DNA from: Cytophagales bacterium
GTDB taxonomy: Bacteria > Bacteroidota > Bacteroidia > Cytophagales > MED-G16
Direction of reading: 5' to 3'
Assembly (NCBI GenBank): GCA_045568775.1
Contig: JBJLAJ010000011.1
Location: 59,239 to 123,238, forward strand
DNA: 64,000 nt
The translations under genes were made by a program, and so were the position numbers. The notes beneath the pieces were generated by a model. The model searched no databases, had not been told where the DNA came from, and saw nothing but the letters and a program-made list of their open reading frames with translations. Positions 32,219-43,285 of this stretch are shown here, piece after piece (the stretch's first letter is position 1; the number at the start of each line of letters is the position of its first letter).

Positions 32219-35200
32219 TTATTTCATTGTAATTTCTAATGCCAAACCTCTTAGTTCATGAACCAATACATTAAATGATTCAGGAATACCTGGGGTCTGC
32301 ATATTTTCACCTTTAACAATAGCTTCATAAGCTCTTGCTCTACCTACTATATCATCAGATTTAATAGTTAATATTTCTTGGAGTACATGAGAAGCACCAA
32401 ATGCCTCTAAAGCCCAAACTTCCATTTCTCCAAAACGTTGCCCACCAAATTGAGCTTTACCTCCAAGAGGTTGTTGTGTAATTAAAGAATAAGGCCCAAT
32501 AGATCTTGAATGCATTTTGTCATCAATCAAATGACCTAACTTAAGCATATATATTACACCAACAGTAACTTGTTGGTCAAATCTTTTTCCGGTAGAACCA
32601 TCATATAGATGAGTTCGCCCAAAAGAAGGAAGTCCTGCTTTGTCAATCTCTTTACTTACCTCATCAGCAGTAGCTCCATCAAATATTGGGGTTCTATACT
32701 TTTTGTTGAGTTTTAATCCAGCCCAACCTAGTGCAGTCTCATAAAGCTGACCTATATTCATTCTAGATGGAACACCTAATGGATTAAGAACTATATCAAC
32801 AGTTGAACCATCTTCTAGGAACGGCATGTCCTCTTCTTTTACAATTCTAGCAACAACTCCTTTGTTACCATGCCTCCCTGCCATTTTATCACCAACTTTT
32901 AATTTTCTTTTCTTAGCAACATATACTTTGGCCATCTGTACTATGCCAGGCGCTAACTCATCACCAACTTCTAGTGAAAATTTTTCTTTCTTATAACCTG
33001 AAGCTAAATCATTTCTTTTTATAACATAATTTTTTACAGCCCTAGACACCGAATCATTTGTTTTTTTATCATCAGTCCAATCCTCTAGAACAACATCCTG
33101 AATAAGACTAGATTCTTCAGGAACATTTAAGCTGTTTATATCATAATATATATTCTTCTTTGGAAATAACTTATCCTCTATCATTTTTCTACTAAACTTA
33201 ACACCTGCCTTTACAAGTTGATCTCCATACTTATGACTTATCCCATTACACTTTTTGTTTTTTAACAACTTATCAAATTTAAAGATTAACTTCTCTTTAA
33301 GTTCTACAAGTGACTTTCCATAATCAGCTTTTAATAACTCAATTTGTTTCTTTGCTAATTTCTTAGATTCTTTATCTTTCTTCTGTCTAGTAAAAAGTTT
33401 AGTGTCAACCACAACTCCATTTAAAGAAGGCGGCGCTTTTAATGAAGCATCTTTAACATCACCAGCTTTATCTCCAAAGATTGCTCTTAAAAGTCTTTCC
33501 TCTGGTGTTGGATCAGTTTCACCCTTCGGAGTTATTTTACCAATTAAAATATCCCCCTCTTTAACTTTAGCTCCAACCCTAATAACTCCATTCTCATCTA
33601 AATCTTTAATTGACTCATCACTAACATTTGGAATTTCATTAGTAAACTCTTCTTCACCTCTTTTTGTATCTCTTACCTCAAGTTTAAATTCTTCAATATG
33701 TAGAGATGTGAAAACGTCTTCTTTTACAACTTTTTCAGATATTACAATTGCATCTTCAAAGTTATACCCTTTCCATGGCATAAAAGCAACTTTTAAATTT
33801 CTACCTAAAGCAAGCTCTCCGTCTTGAGTTGCGAAGCCTTCACATATAACTTGACCTTTTTTAACTTTTTCTCCTGATTTAACAGTTGGAGTTAAATTAA
33901 CACAGGTGTCTTGGTTGGTTCTCCTAAATTTTATAAGATCATATGTTTTAGAATTCTCATCAAAAGAAATTAATTTTTCATTAGCATCTAAATCATATTT
34001 TATTTCTATCTTGTTAGAATCAACATAAGAAACCGTTCCCTTACCTTCTGCGACTATTGTAGATCTAGAATCTTTAGCTACTCTGTACTCCATTCCAGTT
34101 CCTACAATCGGAGAATCTGGTCTCATTAGTGGTACTGCCTGTCTCATCATATTGGAACCCATTAATGCTCTGTTGGCATCATCGTGTTCAAGAAAAGGAA
34201 TTAGCGAAGCAGCAACTGAAACAATTTGATTAGGAGCTACATCCATATACTTTAATTCCTTGTTTTTTGCCAAAGGAAAATCTCCCTCATATCTAGCCTT
34301 AACAGTATTTTCGACAAACTCACCATTTGTTTTTAATGGTACATTAGCCTGAGCAATGTAAGATTGATCTTCTTCTTCAGCAGTTAAATAACTTATTTTA
34401 CCAGTCATATTAACTTTTCCATTAGAGACTTCCCTATAAGGAGTTTCAATGAATCCCATATTATTCACCTTAGCGTGAACACATAATGATGAAATAAGAC
34501 CAATATTTGGACCTTCTGGAGTTTCAATTGTGCACAACCTTCCGTAGTGAGTGTAATGCACATCTCGGACTTCAAAACCAGCTCTTTCTCTAGATAAACC
34601 ACCAGGCCCAAGAGCTGACATTCTTCTTTTATGAGTAATTTCAGCTAATGGATTTGTTTGATCCATGAATTGAGATAACTGATTAGTTCCAAAAAATGAA
34701 TTAATTACAGAAGTTAAAGTTCTAGCATTAATTAAATCAACAGGTTTAAAATCTTCATTATCCCTTACATTCATTCTCTCTTTTATTGTTCTAGACATTC
34801 TAGCTAATCCAACACCAAACTGAGAATAAAGCTGTTCACCTACCGTTCTAACTCTTCTGTTACTTAAATGATCTATATCATCAACAACTGTCTTTGCATT
34901 TATTAATGTTATGAGATATTTAACAATTAATATAATGTCTTCGTTAGTTAGGACTCTTACATTATAATCAGTATCAATATTTAACTTTTTATTAATTCTA
35001 TATCTACCAACTTCACCTAAATCATATCTCTTATCACTAAAGAATAAATTTTGAATAATATCTCTAGCAGTTTGTTCATCAGGAGCTTCAGTATTTCTAA
35101 GCTGTCTATATATTTCCTCTAAAGCTTCTTTTTCAGAGTTTGAGACATCTTTTTTTAATGTATTATAAATAATTGCAAATTCACCTACATTAATATCTTC

Positions 35201-36085
35201 TCTATGTATGGTAACATAAGGAGCTTCTGATTCAATTATTATATCAATATCTTCTTCTTCAAGGATGTGATCTCTATCTAAGATTAATTCATTTCTATCA
35301 ACTGAAATCACTTCTCCTGTGTCCTCATCAACAAAATCCTCAACCCAAGTCTTTAGAACCCTTGCAGCAAGCTTTCTTCCTAAGGCTTTTTTTAGAGTGG
35401 TTTTTTTAGCTTCAACTTCTTCAGATAATTTAAATATATCTAAAATATCTTTATCGGAACCAAATCCAATAGCTCTAAGTAGAGTAGTTATTGGAAACTT
35501 CTTTTTTCTATCTATATATGCATACATCACATTATTCACATCCGTAGCAAATTCAATCCAAGAACCTCTAAATGGAATAATTCTTGCAGAGTACAACGGC
35601 GTACCATTTGTGTGTTTACTTTGAGCAAAAAATACACCAGGAGATCTATGTAACTGAGATACAATGACTCTTTCTGCACCATTTATTACAAAAGATCCTT
35701 TATTAGTCATGTAAGGAATATTACCTAAAAATACTTCTTGTTCAATTGTTTCAAAATCATCATTATCTTCATCATTACAGATCAATCTTAACTTAGCTTT
35801 TAATGGGAGAGAATATGTAAGACCTCTATCTATACATTCTCCAACTGAATATTTAGGTGGATCAACAGTATAGTCAATAAATTCCAAGACAAAATTTTCT
35901 CTAGAGTCAGATATTGGGAAGTTTTCTATAAAAACCTTAAAAAGGCCTTCATTATCTCTTTTCTCAGGAGGAGTCTCAAGTTGAAAAAAGTCTTTGTATG
36001 ATTGTAATTGTACATCCAGAAAGTCTGGGTAGTCGACTGTATTTTTTAATTTAGAAAAGTCTATTCTATTAGATGATATTTTCAA
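32219..36085 (-). CDS. rpoB: DNA-directed RNA polymerase subunit beta
   Basis: 1288 aa. Contains [25 protein letters not shown] and [14 protein letters not shown]. The start is TTG at 36085..36083: an in-frame TAA lies 5 codons upstream with no ATG in between. Confidence 0.98.
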   Translation of the reverse strand: MKISSNRIDFSKLKNTVDYPDFLDVQLQSYKDFFQLETPPEKRDNEGLFKVFIENFPISDSRENFVLEFIDYTVDPPKYSVGECIDRGLTYSLPLKAKLRLICNDEDNDDFETIEQEVFLGNIPYMTNKGSFVINGAERVIVSQLHRSPGVFFAQSKHTNGTPLYSARIIPFRGSWIEFATDVNNVMYAYIDRKKKFPITTLLRAIGFGSDKDILDIFKLSEEVEAKKTTLKKALGRKLAARVLKTWVEDFVDEDTGEVISVDRNELILDRDHILEEEDIDIIIESEAPYVTIHREDINVGEFAIIYNTLKKDVSNSEKEALEEIYRQLRNTEAPDEQTARDIIQNLFFSDKRYDLGEVGRYRINKKLNIDTDYNVRVLTNEDIILIVKYLITLINAKTVVDDIDHLSNRRVRTVGEQLYSQFGVGLARMSRTIKERMNVRDNEDFKPVDLINARTLTSVINSFFGTNQLSQFMDQTNPLAEITHKRRMSALGPGGLSRERAGFEVRDVHYTHYGRLCTIETPEGPNIGLISSLCVHAKVNNMGFIETPYREVSNGKVNMTGKISYLTAEEEDQSYIAQANVPLKTNGEFVENTVKARYEGDFPLAKNKELKYMDVAPNQIVSVAASLIPFLEHDDANRALMGSNMMRQAVPLMRPDSPIVGTGMEYRVAKDSRSTIVAEGKGTVSYVDSNKIEIKYDLDANEKLISFDENSKTYDLIKFRRTNQDTCVNLTPTVKSGEKVKKGQVICEGFATQDGELALGRNLKVAFMPWKGYNFEDAIVISEKVVKEDVFTSLHIEEFKLEVRDTKRGEEEFTNEIPNVSDESIKDLDENGVIRVGAKVKEGDILIGKITPKGETDPTPEERLLRAIFGDKAGDVKDASLKAPPSLNGVVVDTKLFTRQKKDKESKKLAKKQIELLKADYGKSLVELKEKLIFKFDKLLKNKKCNGISHKYGDQLVKAGVKFSRKMIEDKLFPKKNIYYDINSLNVPEESSLIQDVVLEDWTDDKKTNDSVSRAVKNYVIKRNDLASGYKKEKFSLEVGDELAPGIVQMAKVYVAKKRKLKVGDKMAGRHGNKGVVARIVKEEDMPFLEDGSTVDIVLNPLGVPSRMNIGQLYETALGWAGLKLNKKYRTPIFDGATADEVSKEIDKAGLPSFGRTHLYDGSTGKRFDQQVTVGVIYMLKLGHLIDDKMHSRSIGPYSLITQQPLGGKAQFGGQRFGEMEVWALEAFGASHVLQEILTIKSDDIVGRARAYEAIVKGENMQTPGIPESFNVLVHELRGLALEITMK

Positions 36086-36112
36086 TTGATTATATTTTTA
36101 AGTTATAAATAT

Positions 36113-36134
36113 CCCACACACTTTTTTGTGTGGG
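36113..36134 (-). terminator. rplL-rpoB intergenic hairpin (candidate attenuator / partial terminator)
   Basis: Minus strand reads CCCACACA-aaaaag-TGTGTGGG (8-bp perfect stem, 6-nt loop) followed by ATATTTATAACTT. It lies in the 71-nt gap between rplL and rpoB, the position of the known E. coli attenuator. Confidence 0.5.
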
Positions 36135-36156
36135 AATAAAAAGTATTAAATGATAA

Positions 36157-36540
36157 TTAGCTTAATTCAACCTCAGCCCCAGCTTCTTCTAGCTGTTTTT
36201 TAGCTGACTCAGCTTCATCTTTTGGAACACCTTCCTTAATTGCTTTTGGAGCTCCATCAACCATATCTTTAGCGTCTTTTAGCCCAAGTCCAGTAATTTC
36301 TTTTACTAATTTAACTACAGCCAATTTCGATGCTCCAGCTGATTTTAACATAATATCAAAACTTGATTTTTCTTCAGCTGCTCCAGCGTCTGCTGCACCT
36401 CCTGCTGCTGCACCTGCTACTACAGTTGCTGCTGCTGCTGGTTCAATACCATATTCGTCTTTTAATATATTAGCTAATTCACTTACATCTTTAACCGAAA
36501 GGTTAACAAGATCTTTAGCTATCTTCTTAATATCTGCCAT
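36157..36540 (-). CDS. rplL: 50S ribosomal protein L7/L12
   Basis: 127 aa. Ala-rich hinge [24 protein letters not shown]. Contains [24 protein letters not shown]. Confidence 0.98.
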   Translation of the reverse strand: MADIKKIAKDLVNLSVKDVSELANILKDEYGIEPAAAATVVAGAAAGGAADAGAAEEKSSFDIMLKSAGASKLAVVKLVKEITGLGLKDAKDMVDGAPKAIKEGVPKDEAESAKKQLEEAGAEVELS

Positions 36541-36571
36541 TTTAATTCAATTTAAAGTTTATACACTATTC

Positions 36572-37102
36572 TTATTTGTTCTCAAGTGCCTTAACAACAC
36601 CTGAAATTTTATTTTCAGAACTTTTAAGTAATGAAATAATATTTTTAGCTGGAGACTGAAGTAGCAATACTATATCTCCAATAATTTCTTCTTTTCCTTT
36701 CAACTTAGATAACGAATCTAAATTTTTATCTCCTAAGAAAATATCAGATTCAATTGAAGCAACCTTTAATGTAGGATGATCAGAATCTAGAGATTTTCTA
36801 AACTCTTTTAAAACCTTAGCTGGTCCGCTAGGAGTTTGATTAGCAAATAATAAACCAGAGAATCCTTTTAATGAGTCACCATTTATTATTTCAGAATAAT
36901 CTTCTTCTTGATTTTCAAGAGCTTTTTTTATAAAAGTATTCTTTACAACCTTATATTCAACATCTTGCTTGAAGCATTTTTTTCTAAAAGAATTTACCTG
37001 GTCTACGGTTAACCCAGAAGCATCAAGTAAATAGAAAATATTATTTTCTTTGAACTTTTCTGTTAAATCTTTTACTAACTCTACTTTATTTTCTTTTCTC
37101 AT
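36572..37102 (-). CDS. rplJ: 50S ribosomal protein L10
   Basis: 176 aa, lying between rplA and rplL. The L10-like N-terminus is weakly diagnostic on its own, so synteny is decisive. Confidence 0.9.
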   Translation of the reverse strand: MRKENKVELVKDLTEKFKENNIFYLLDASGLTVDQVNSFRKKCFKQDVEYKVVKNTFIKKALENQEEDYSEIINGDSLKGFSGLLFANQTPSGPAKVLKEFRKSLDSDHPTLKVASIESDIFLGDKNLDSLSKLKGKEEIIGDIVLLLQSPAKNIISLLKSSENKISGVVKALENK

Positions 37103-37103
37103 T

Positions 37104-37799
37104 TTAACTCATTAACATAGAACTATCAATCTTAATAGAAGTACTCATTGTGCTAGAAAGATTAACACTTTTAAAATAAATACCCTTCGATGAAGAAGGT
37201 TTTAATTTCATTACAGTATTTAACAACTCCATAGTATTTTCTTGAATCTTCTTTGGCTCGAATGATACTTTTGCAACTGAAGCATGAATTATACCAGCCT
37301 TGTCAACTTTAAAATCAATTTTTCCTTTTTTAACATCTTGAATAGCTTTCCCAATATCATTAGTAACTGTACCTGATTTTGGATTAGGCATTAATCCCCT
37401 TGGTCCTAACACTTTACCTAGTTTACCAAGTTTTGCCATTAGGGCTGGCATAGTTATTATTACATCAATATCTGTCCATCCTTCACCAATTTTTTTTATG
37501 TATTTATCAAGACCTACATGATCTGCACCTGCTTTTTTTGCCTCTTCTTCTTTATCTGGGGAACACAATGCTAAAACTTTAATTGTTTTTCCAGTTCCAT
37601 GAGGAAGAGTAACATTCCCTCTTACCATTTGATCAGCTTTTTTTGGATCAACTCCAAGCCTTATGTCTAGATCAATTGATGCATCAAATTTTGTTGTTGA
37701 TATGTCTTTCACAATTTTAGATGCTTCTTCCACAGTGTAATGTTTTTCCACATCATACTTGCCTTGTACCTCTTTTTTATTTTTTGTTAGTCTACCCAT
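37104..37799 (-). CDS. rplA: 50S ribosomal protein L1
   Basis: 231 aa. Contains [31 protein letters not shown] and [11 protein letters not shown]. Confidence 0.97.
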   Translation of the reverse strand: MGRLTKNKKEVQGKYDVEKHYTVEEASKIVKDISTTKFDASIDLDIRLGVDPKKADQMVRGNVTLPHGTGKTIKVLALCSPDKEEEAKKAGADHVGLDKYIKKIGEGWTDIDVIITMPALMAKLGKLGKVLGPRGLMPNPKSGTVTNDIGKAIQDVKKGKIDFKVDKAGIIHASVAKVSFEPKKIQENTMELLNTVMKLKPSSSKGIYFKSVNLSSTMSTSIKIDSSMLMS

Positions 37800-38246
37800 T
37801 TAATTTAAATTTTCTGGAAATGTTCCCTTTACTCTAACTCCCATGCTTCTAGCTGTGCCAGCTACCATTTTCATAGCAGAACCAATTTTAAAAGCATTTA
37901 AATCTTTCATTTTTGTTTCAGCAATGTCCTTTACTTGATCCCAAGAAATCGATGCAACCTTATTCAAATTTGGTTGATCAGAACCTTTCTTTTTATTGGC
38001 AGCCTGCAAAATTAATACAGCAGCAGGCGGTGTTTTAATTACGAAATCAAAAGATTTATCTTTATATATAGTTATTACAACTGGCAATACCTGTCCCTTT
38101 CTATCATCTGTTCTTGCATTGAACTGATTACAAAACTCCATAATATTTACACCCTTACTACCCAGGGCAGGACCAACAGGAGGAGCAGGATTAGCCTGAC
38201 CACCTCTCACTTGTAATTTTAAATATCCGTCTATTTGTTTTGCCAT
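37800..38246 (-). CDS. rplK: 50S ribosomal protein L11
   Basis: Contains [30 protein letters not shown]. Confidence 0.98.
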   Translation of the reverse strand: MAKQIDGYLKLQVRGGQANPAPPVGPALGSKGVNIMEFCNQFNARTDDRKGQVLPVVITIYKDKSFDFVIKTPPAAVLILQAANKKKGSDQPNLNKVASISWDQVKDIAETKMKDLNAFKIGSAMKMVAGTARSMGVRVKGTFPENLN

Positions 38247-38251
38247 ATTAT

Positions 38252-38803
38252 TTAACTTGATTTTTCAACCTGATAATAATTAAGTTCTACAGGTGTATTT
38301 CTACCAAAAATTTTAACTGTAACATTCACTTTTTTTCTATCTTCAAAAACTTGAGAAATTGATCCAGTAAATCCACTAAAAGGACCGTCCATAACCTTCA
38401 CATCCTCACCAACTACAAATGGTGTCATCATAGTTTCGTCTTCACTATTAGTCTCATCAAATTTTCCAAATATTCTATTTATTTCTGCTTCTCTTAATGG
38501 AATTGGAACTCTTGAAGCACCAGAACCCGAACCAAGAAAACCTATTACACCGGGAACATTTTTAATGACATGTTGTACTTCTCCGTGAGAGAAATCTGCA
38601 GACACCAATACATATCCGGGGAAATAATTTTTTTCTTTAATTTTTTTCTTTCCGCCTCGCATCACATATACTTTTTCATATGGTATCATTACCTCAGGAA
38701 TAAATTTTTCTAGGTCATTTCTTGTTATCTCCTTCTCTAAATAAGTTTTTATTTTGTTTTCTTTTCCACTTATAGCCCTCAATACATACCAATTTAAACT
38801 CAT
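38252..38803 (-). CDS. nusG: transcription termination/antitermination factor NusG
   Basis: 183 aa. Contains [20 protein letters not shown] and the KOW motif [18 protein letters not shown]. Confidence 0.96.
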   Translation of the reverse strand: MSLNWYVLRAISGKENKIKTYLEKEITRNDLEKFIPEVMIPYEKVYVMRGGKKKIKEKNYFPGYVLVSADFSHGEVQHVIKNVPGVIGFLGSGSGASRVPIPLREAEINRIFGKFDETNSEDETMMTPFVVGEDVKVMDGPFSGFTGSISQVFEDRKKVNVTVKIFGRNTPVELNYYQVEKSS

Positions 38804-38820
38804 CTATATATTTTTATATT

Positions 38821-39012
38821 TTAAAAATTCTCGTAAAAAAGAGACATAACGTTTTCAAATCCTAAATCAATAATACCGATGAAAAGGGCAAATATTAAGG
38901 ATGCAACTAACACCAAAACAGAACTGCTTTGTAGACTGTTAATCGATGGCCAGGTAACTTTATTTACCATTTCTTGATAAGATTCAGAGATTAAAACAAT
39001 TAATTTATTCAT
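38821..39012 (-). CDS. secE: preprotein translocase subunit SecE
   Basis: The track ORF (to 39063) runs into tRNA-Trp. The internal ATG at 39012 gives a 63-aa protein, MNKLIVLISESYQEMVNKVTWPS..., with one TM helix. It is directly upstream of nusG. Confidence 0.85.
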   Translation of the reverse strand: MNKLIVLISESYQEMVNKVTWPSINSLQSSSVLVLVASLIFALFIGIIDLGFENVMSLFYENF

Positions 39013-39036
39013 ACCAAAAAAATTAAAACGGCCAAG

Positions 39037-39109
39037 CACGGGTGGAGTGACTCGAACACCCAACCAACGGTTTTGGAGACCGCTACTCTACCAATTGAGC
39101 TACACCCGT
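39037..39109 (-). tRNA. tRNA-Trp (anticodon CCA)
   Basis: Hand-folded 73-nt cloverleaf. Acceptor ACGGGTG/CACCCGT, anticodon arm GCGGT-CTCCAAA-ACCGT, T-loop TTCGAGT. No encoded CCA end. Confidence 0.9.
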
Positions 39110-39112
39110 ATA

Positions 39113-39137
39113 CTAAAATGCAGGCCAACGGCCTGCA
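39113..39137 (-). terminator. rho-independent terminator after tuf
   Basis: Minus strand reads TGCAGGCC-gtt-GGCCTGCA (GC-rich 7-8 bp stem) followed by TTTTAGTAT. It lies 73 nt downstream of the tuf stop and abuts tRNA-Trp. Confidence 0.6.
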
Positions 39138-39209
39138 AATTTAGAATAATTGTTATTATTTAACAAATAAATAAGTTAAATAATTAGTTAAAAAAAGTTT
39201 TATAAAATT

Positions 39210-40397
39210 TTAGTCTAAAATTTCTGTTACCTGACCTGCTCCAACTGTTCTTCCACCCTCTCTAATAGCAAATCTTAGTCCTTGCTCAAGAGCAACTTTA
39301 TTAATCAATTTAACTTCGATAGTTAAGTTATCTCCAGGCATTACCATCTCAACCTTATCTGGTAACATAATTTCACCAGTAACATCAGTTGTTCTCATAT
39401 AGAATTGAGGTCTATACTTATTAAAGAAAGGCGTATGTCTTCCACCCTCTTCTTTAGATAACACATAAACTTCAGCCTTAAAATGAGCATGAGGTGTTAC
39501 AGAACCTGGTTTACATATAATCATTCCTCTTTTGATATCTGTTTTCTCGATACCTCTAAGAAGAAGACCCGCATTATCACCAGCCTGACCTTTATCTAAA
39601 ATCTTTCTAAACATTTCTACTCCAGTTATAGTTGATTTTAAATCTTCAGCACCCATACCAATAATATCAACAGCATCACTAGTATTTACTATACCTCTTT
39701 CAATTCTTCCTGTTGCTACAGTACCTCTACCAGTAATAGAAAATACATCTTCAACAGGCATCAAAAAATCTTTATCAGTCTCTCTAATAGGCTCAGGAAT
39801 ATAAGAATCAACTTGATCCATTAGTTCCATGATTTTTTCAACCCATTTAGCTTCACCGTTAAGTGCTCCCAATGCAGAACCTTGAACTATAGGAATATCA
39901 TCACCAGGGAATTTATAGAAACTTAAAAGTTCTCTTATTTCCATTTCAACTAACTCCAAAAGTTCAGCATCATCAACAAGGTCTACCTTATTAATGAATA
40001 CAACTAAAGCAGGAACTCCTACCTGTCTAGCTAAAAGGATATGCTCTCTTGTCTGAGGCATTGGTCCATCAGTTCCAGCCACAACTAGGATTCCTCCATC
40101 CATCTGTGCTGCACCTGTAACCATATTTTTTACATAATCTGCGTGACCAGGACAATCAACATGAGCGTAATGTCTATTATCAGTTTGATATTCAACATGC
40201 GCAGTATTAATAGTAATACCCCTTTCTTTTTCTTCAGGAGCATTATCAATTTGTTCAAAATCTCTCTTCTCTGCTAAACCTTTATCCGCAAGGACTTTAG
40301 TAATAGCAGCTGTAAGAGTTGTTTTACCATGATCAACGTGACCTACTGTCCCAATATTTACATGGGGTTTCGATCTATCAAAGGATTCTTTTGCCAT
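39210..40397 (-). CDS. tuf: elongation factor Tu
   Basis: 395 aa. Starts [33 protein letters not shown] and contains DCPGHADY and NKVD. Confidence 0.99.
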   Translation of the reverse strand: MAKESFDRSKPHVNIGTVGHVDHGKTTLTAAITKVLADKGLAEKRDFEQIDNAPEEKERGITINTAHVEYQTDNRHYAHVDCPGHADYVKNMVTGAAQMDGGILVVAGTDGPMPQTREHILLARQVGVPALVVFINKVDLVDDAELLELVEMEIRELLSFYKFPGDDIPIVQGSALGALNGEAKWVEKIMELMDQVDSYIPEPIRETDKDFLMPVEDVFSITGRGTVATGRIERGIVNTSDAVDIIGMGAEDLKSTITGVEMFRKILDKGQAGDNAGLLLRGIEKTDIKRGMIICKPGSVTPHAHFKAEVYVLSKEEGGRHTPFFNKYRPQFYMRTTDVTGEIMLPDKVEMVMPGDNLTIEVKLINKVALEQGLRFAIREGGRTVGAGQVTEILD

Positions 40398-40414
40398 AAT
40401 TTTAAAATTTAACT

Positions 40415-40445
40415 CAAATTTAACTTATTTATATAATAATACAAT
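40415..40445 (-). promoter_or_regulatory. candidate tuf promoter (-7 TAAATTTG with partial -33 ATTG, 19-nt spacer)
   Basis: Minus strand reads ATTGtattattatataaataagtTAAATTTG, ending 17 nt upstream of the tuf ATG. The -33 element matches only TTG. Confidence 0.35.
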
Positions 40446-40462
40446 TTTTAACATTTTTTTCG

Positions 40463-40534
<72 letters not shown>

Positions 40535-40539
40535 ATAAG

Positions 40540-40612
40540 AGCGGGCGAAGAGATTCGAACCCTCGACCTACAGCTTGGAAGGCTGTCGCTCTACCAACTG
40601 AGCTACGCCCGC
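40540..40612 (-). tRNA. tRNA-Gly (anticodon TCC)
   Basis: Hand-folded 73 nt. Acceptor GCGGGCG/CGCCCGC, anticodon arm ACAGC-CTTCCAA-GCTGT, T-loop TTCGAAT. Confidence 0.92.
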
Positions 40613-40630
40613 TTATTTATTGTAAAAAAG

Positions 40631-40713
40631 TGGGGGGAGCAGGATTCGAACCTGCGAAGACATAAGTCAACAGATTTACAGTCTGCCCCAGTTGGCCGCT
40701 TTGGTATCCCCCC
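40631..40713 (-). tRNA. tRNA-Tyr (anticodon GTA), class II with long variable arm
   Basis: Hand-folded 83 nt. Acceptor GGGGGGA/TCCCCCC, anticodon arm GCAGA-CTGTAAA-TCTGT, 14-nt variable arm, T-arm GCAGG-TTCGAAT-CCTGC. Confidence 0.9.
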
Positions 40714-40758
40714 ATACTTAAAATTTACAATATTTTGCCTATTAAGCTCAAAGGTCAG

Positions 40759-40789
40759 CAAAATTATATTCTTTTTTATTTATTACAAA
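40759..40789 (-). promoter_or_regulatory. candidate promoter of the tRNA-Tyr/Gly/Thr-tuf unit (-33 TTTG / 19 nt / -7 TAATTTTG)
   Basis: Minus strand reads TTTGtaataaataaaaaagaataTAATTTTG, ending 45 nt upstream of the tRNA-Tyr 5' end. Exact consensus and spacing. Confidence 0.5.
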
Positions 40790-40877
40790 TTTTTGAATAC
40801 AAATTAAATTTTTAAAAAATTACTTATTGAAGTAGATAAAAATTCATTATTTAATATTTACATTTATAATTAACAAA

Positions 40878-41582
40878 ATGAAATACAAAAGAATACTCTT
40901 AAAGTTAAGCGGCGAGGCGTTGATGGGTGAGAAAAATTATGGTATTGACTCTTCTCTTTTAGAAAAATACTCCCAACAAATTAAAAATATTCATGATAAA
41001 GGAATTGAAATTGCCATAGTAATAGGAGGAGGAAATATTTACAGAGGCATTGAATCAGAAAAATCTGGAATTAATAGAGTTCAGGGAGATTATATGGGAA
41101 TGCTTGCCACATTAATGAATAGTATGGCATTACAAAGTCACCTAGAAAAGTTAGAATGTGATACCAGACTAATGTCAGGTTTTAATATAGATCAAGTGTG
41201 CGAACCATTTATAAGGAGAAGAGCTATAAGACATTTAGAAAAAGGAAGAATCGTAATTTTTGGAGCTGGACTAGGCAAACCTTATTTTACCACTGATTCT
41301 ACTGCTAGCCTTAGAGCTGTAGAAATTGAAGCCAACATCGTACTTAAAGGAACTAGGGTTGATGGAGTATATGACTCTGATCCTGAAAAGGTTAAAGACG
41401 CTGTAAAATTTAATGAAATATCATTTGATGAAGCTTACGAAAGAAATCTTAAAATTATGGACATGACTGCATTTACTTTATGTAAAGAAAATAATTTACC
41501 TATTATAGTATTTGATATGAATAAACCAGGAAACTTGATTAAGTTGGTAGAAGGAAAAAACATTGGGACTTTAATTTATTAA
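40878..41582 (+). CDS. pyrH: UMP kinase
   Basis: 234 aa. Starts KRILLKLSGEAL and contains VIGGGNIYRG and IVIFGAGLGKPYFTTDSTASLRA. Confidence 0.96.
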   Translation: MKYKRILLKLSGEALMGEKNYGIDSSLLEKYSQQIKNIHDKGIEIAIVIGGGNIYRGIESEKSGINRVQGDYMGMLATLMNSMALQSHLEKLECDTRLMSGFNIDQVCEPFIRRRAIRHLEKGRIVIFGAGLGKPYFTTDSTASLRAVEIEANIVLKGTRVDGVYDSDPEKVKDAVKFNEISFDEAYERNLKIMDMTAFTLCKENNLPIIVFDMNKPGNLIKLVEGKNIGTLIY

Positions 41583-41586
41583 AATA

Positions 41587-42147
41587 ATGGAAGAAATAGA
41601 TTTAATTTTAGAAGACACCAAAGAGAGGATGGATAAATCCATTCAATTTTTAATTACAGAATTAAAAAAAATTAGAGCTGGAAAAGCTACACCAAGTATG
41701 CTTGATGGAATTATGGTAGAGTACTATGGTGTGCCAACGCCTCTTCTACAAGTTGCTTCAATAACAACGCCAGATAGCAGGACTCTTTTTATTAAACCCT
41801 GGGAAAAAACAATAATTCAAGACATTGAAAAATCAATTGTCAATAGTGATTTGGGTCTGAACCCACAAAATGATGGAGAGAATGTTATAATTAATATACC
41901 ACCTCTGACAGAAGAGAGAAGATTAGTTCTAGTTAAACAAATAAAAAGTGAAGGTGAGAAAGGCAAGATAAGCATAAGGTCAGTCAGAAAAGAATCTAAT
42001 GAACTTGTAAAAAAATTATCCAATGAAGGCGTCTCAGAAGATGCAATTAGCAACGGAGAAAATGACATTCAGAAAATAACCGATGTTAAAATCAATAAAA
42101 TAGATGATATTATAAAGTCCAAAGAGGTAGAGATAACTACTATTTAG
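41587..42147 (+). CDS. frr: ribosome recycling factor
   Basis: 186 aa. Contains IRAGKATPSMLDGIMVEYYG and PPLTEERR. Follows pyrH. Confidence 0.96.
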   Translation: MEEIDLILEDTKERMDKSIQFLITELKKIRAGKATPSMLDGIMVEYYGVPTPLLQVASITTPDSRTLFIKPWEKTIIQDIEKSIVNSDLGLNPQNDGENVIINIPPLTEERRLVLVKQIKSEGEKGKISIRSVRKESNELVKKLSNEGVSEDAISNGENDIQKITDVKINKIDDIIKSKEVEITTI

Positions 42148-42688
42148 AGTAATAATTTTTTTTTGAAATTTCTTTCATAACATTTATTGGCACTAGACAA
42201 GATATATCTTCTTTTCTAGCAATTTTTTCTCTTACCATAGATGATGAAATATTAAATAATCTTCCTGAAAAATAATTTTTATTTTTTGATTTAGATTTTC
42301 TAGGGTACACTAAAATTTCATAGTTATCTAATATATAATTACTTTCTTTCCATTTACTTAAATTTTTATAATTATCCTCACCCATTATAATTATAAATTT
42401 ATCATCGGGATAACTCTTAGATATTTTAATTAAAGTTTGATACGTGTAATTAGGTGTTTTCATATCAAACTCAATAGTTGAGACAGTGATTTCTTTTTCA
42501 GATATTAAAGCTGATTTCATTAGCTCATTTCTATCTTCTTTACTTAACACTTCTTCCTTATCTGGACTTTTTGGTGATAGGACCATCCAAATATGATCAA
42601 TATCTGATTGTTTTAAAACCTCTCTTGCAATGCCTATATGACCATTGTGTATCGGGTTAAAAGATCCAAAAAATAAACCAATTTTCAT
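42140..42688 (-). CDS. nadD: nicotinate-nucleotide adenylyltransferase
   Basis: 182 aa. Starts MKIGLFFGSFNPIHNGHIGIA and contains ISSSMVRE. Confidence 0.9.
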   Translation of the reverse strand: MKIGLFFGSFNPIHNGHIGIAREVLKQSDIDHIWMVLSPKSPDKEEVLSKEDRNELMKSALISEKEITVSTIEFDMKTPNYTYQTLIKISKSYPDDKFIIIMGEDNYKNLSKWKESNYILDNYEILVYPRKSKSKNKNYFSGRLFNISSSMVREKIARKEDISCLVPINVMKEISKKNYYSK

Positions 42689-43248
42689 GCGGATATAAAT
42701 TTGATAACTACATCTAAAATATCTTTACACGCCTTTTTAATATCGCTATTCATAATAATTACATCAAATCTATCTTTTTGAGATATTTCTACTTTTGCTT
42801 TTTCAAGCCTTTCTTTAATTTTATTTTCTGAGTCTGTCCCCCTTTTATTAAGTCTTGACTTTAAATCTTTTGAACTCGGAACATCTATAAAAATTGACAA
42901 AGAATCTCTTCCAAAATATTCTTTTAAATTTAACCCACCTACTACATCAACATCAAATACTATATTTTTATCATTATCTAACAACCTTTTTATTTCATTT
43001 TTTAGTGTTCCCTTAAAGTCATCACTATAAACTTGTTCCCATTCAATAAAGTCACCATTTTTTATATGATTATTAAATTTATCTTTTGAGATAAAATAAT
43101 AATTAATACCATGAATTTCATTTTTTCTAATTTTTCGAGTTGTAGAAGACACAGAAAATGATAAAGATTTTATATTTTCAATCAGATAAGAGGCAAGTGT
43201 AGATTTCCCAGATCCAGATGGTGCAGAAAGTATTATATATTTTGACAT
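42685..43248 (-). CDS. gmk: guanylate kinase
   Basis: 187 aa. P-loop SAPSGSGKST. Contains SSTTRKIRKNEIHGINYYF. Confidence 0.93.
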   Translation of the reverse strand: MSKYIILSAPSGSGKSTLASYLIENIKSLSFSVSSTTRKIRKNEIHGINYYFISKDKFNNHIKNGDFIEWEQVYSDDFKGTLKNEIKRLLDNDKNIVFDVDVVGGLNLKEYFGRDSLSIFIDVPSSKDLKSRLNKRGTDSENKIKERLEKAKVEISQKDRFDVIIMNSDIKKACKDILDVVIKFISA

Positions 43249-43285
43249 ACTTAAAATTAGTTTCTTTTAGTATAATTTGAAATAA

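Noticed and set aside
33402-33827. 141-aa ORF antisense to rpoB. Similar 60-117-aa antisense ORFs occur inside rpoC, fusA, eno, ftsH, susD, GH5 and others.
   Set aside because: They are Ser/Leu/Phe/Ile-rich low-complexity translations, typical of the mirror strand of Lys/Glu/Asp-rich genes in AT-rich DNA. Each is fully nested in a well-supported gene and none has a recognisable family.
39013-39063. 5' extension of the secE ORF (MGVRVTPPVLGRFNFFG...)
   Set aside because: The extension overlaps tRNA-Trp (39037-39109). The internal ATG at 39012 gives a normal-length SecE.
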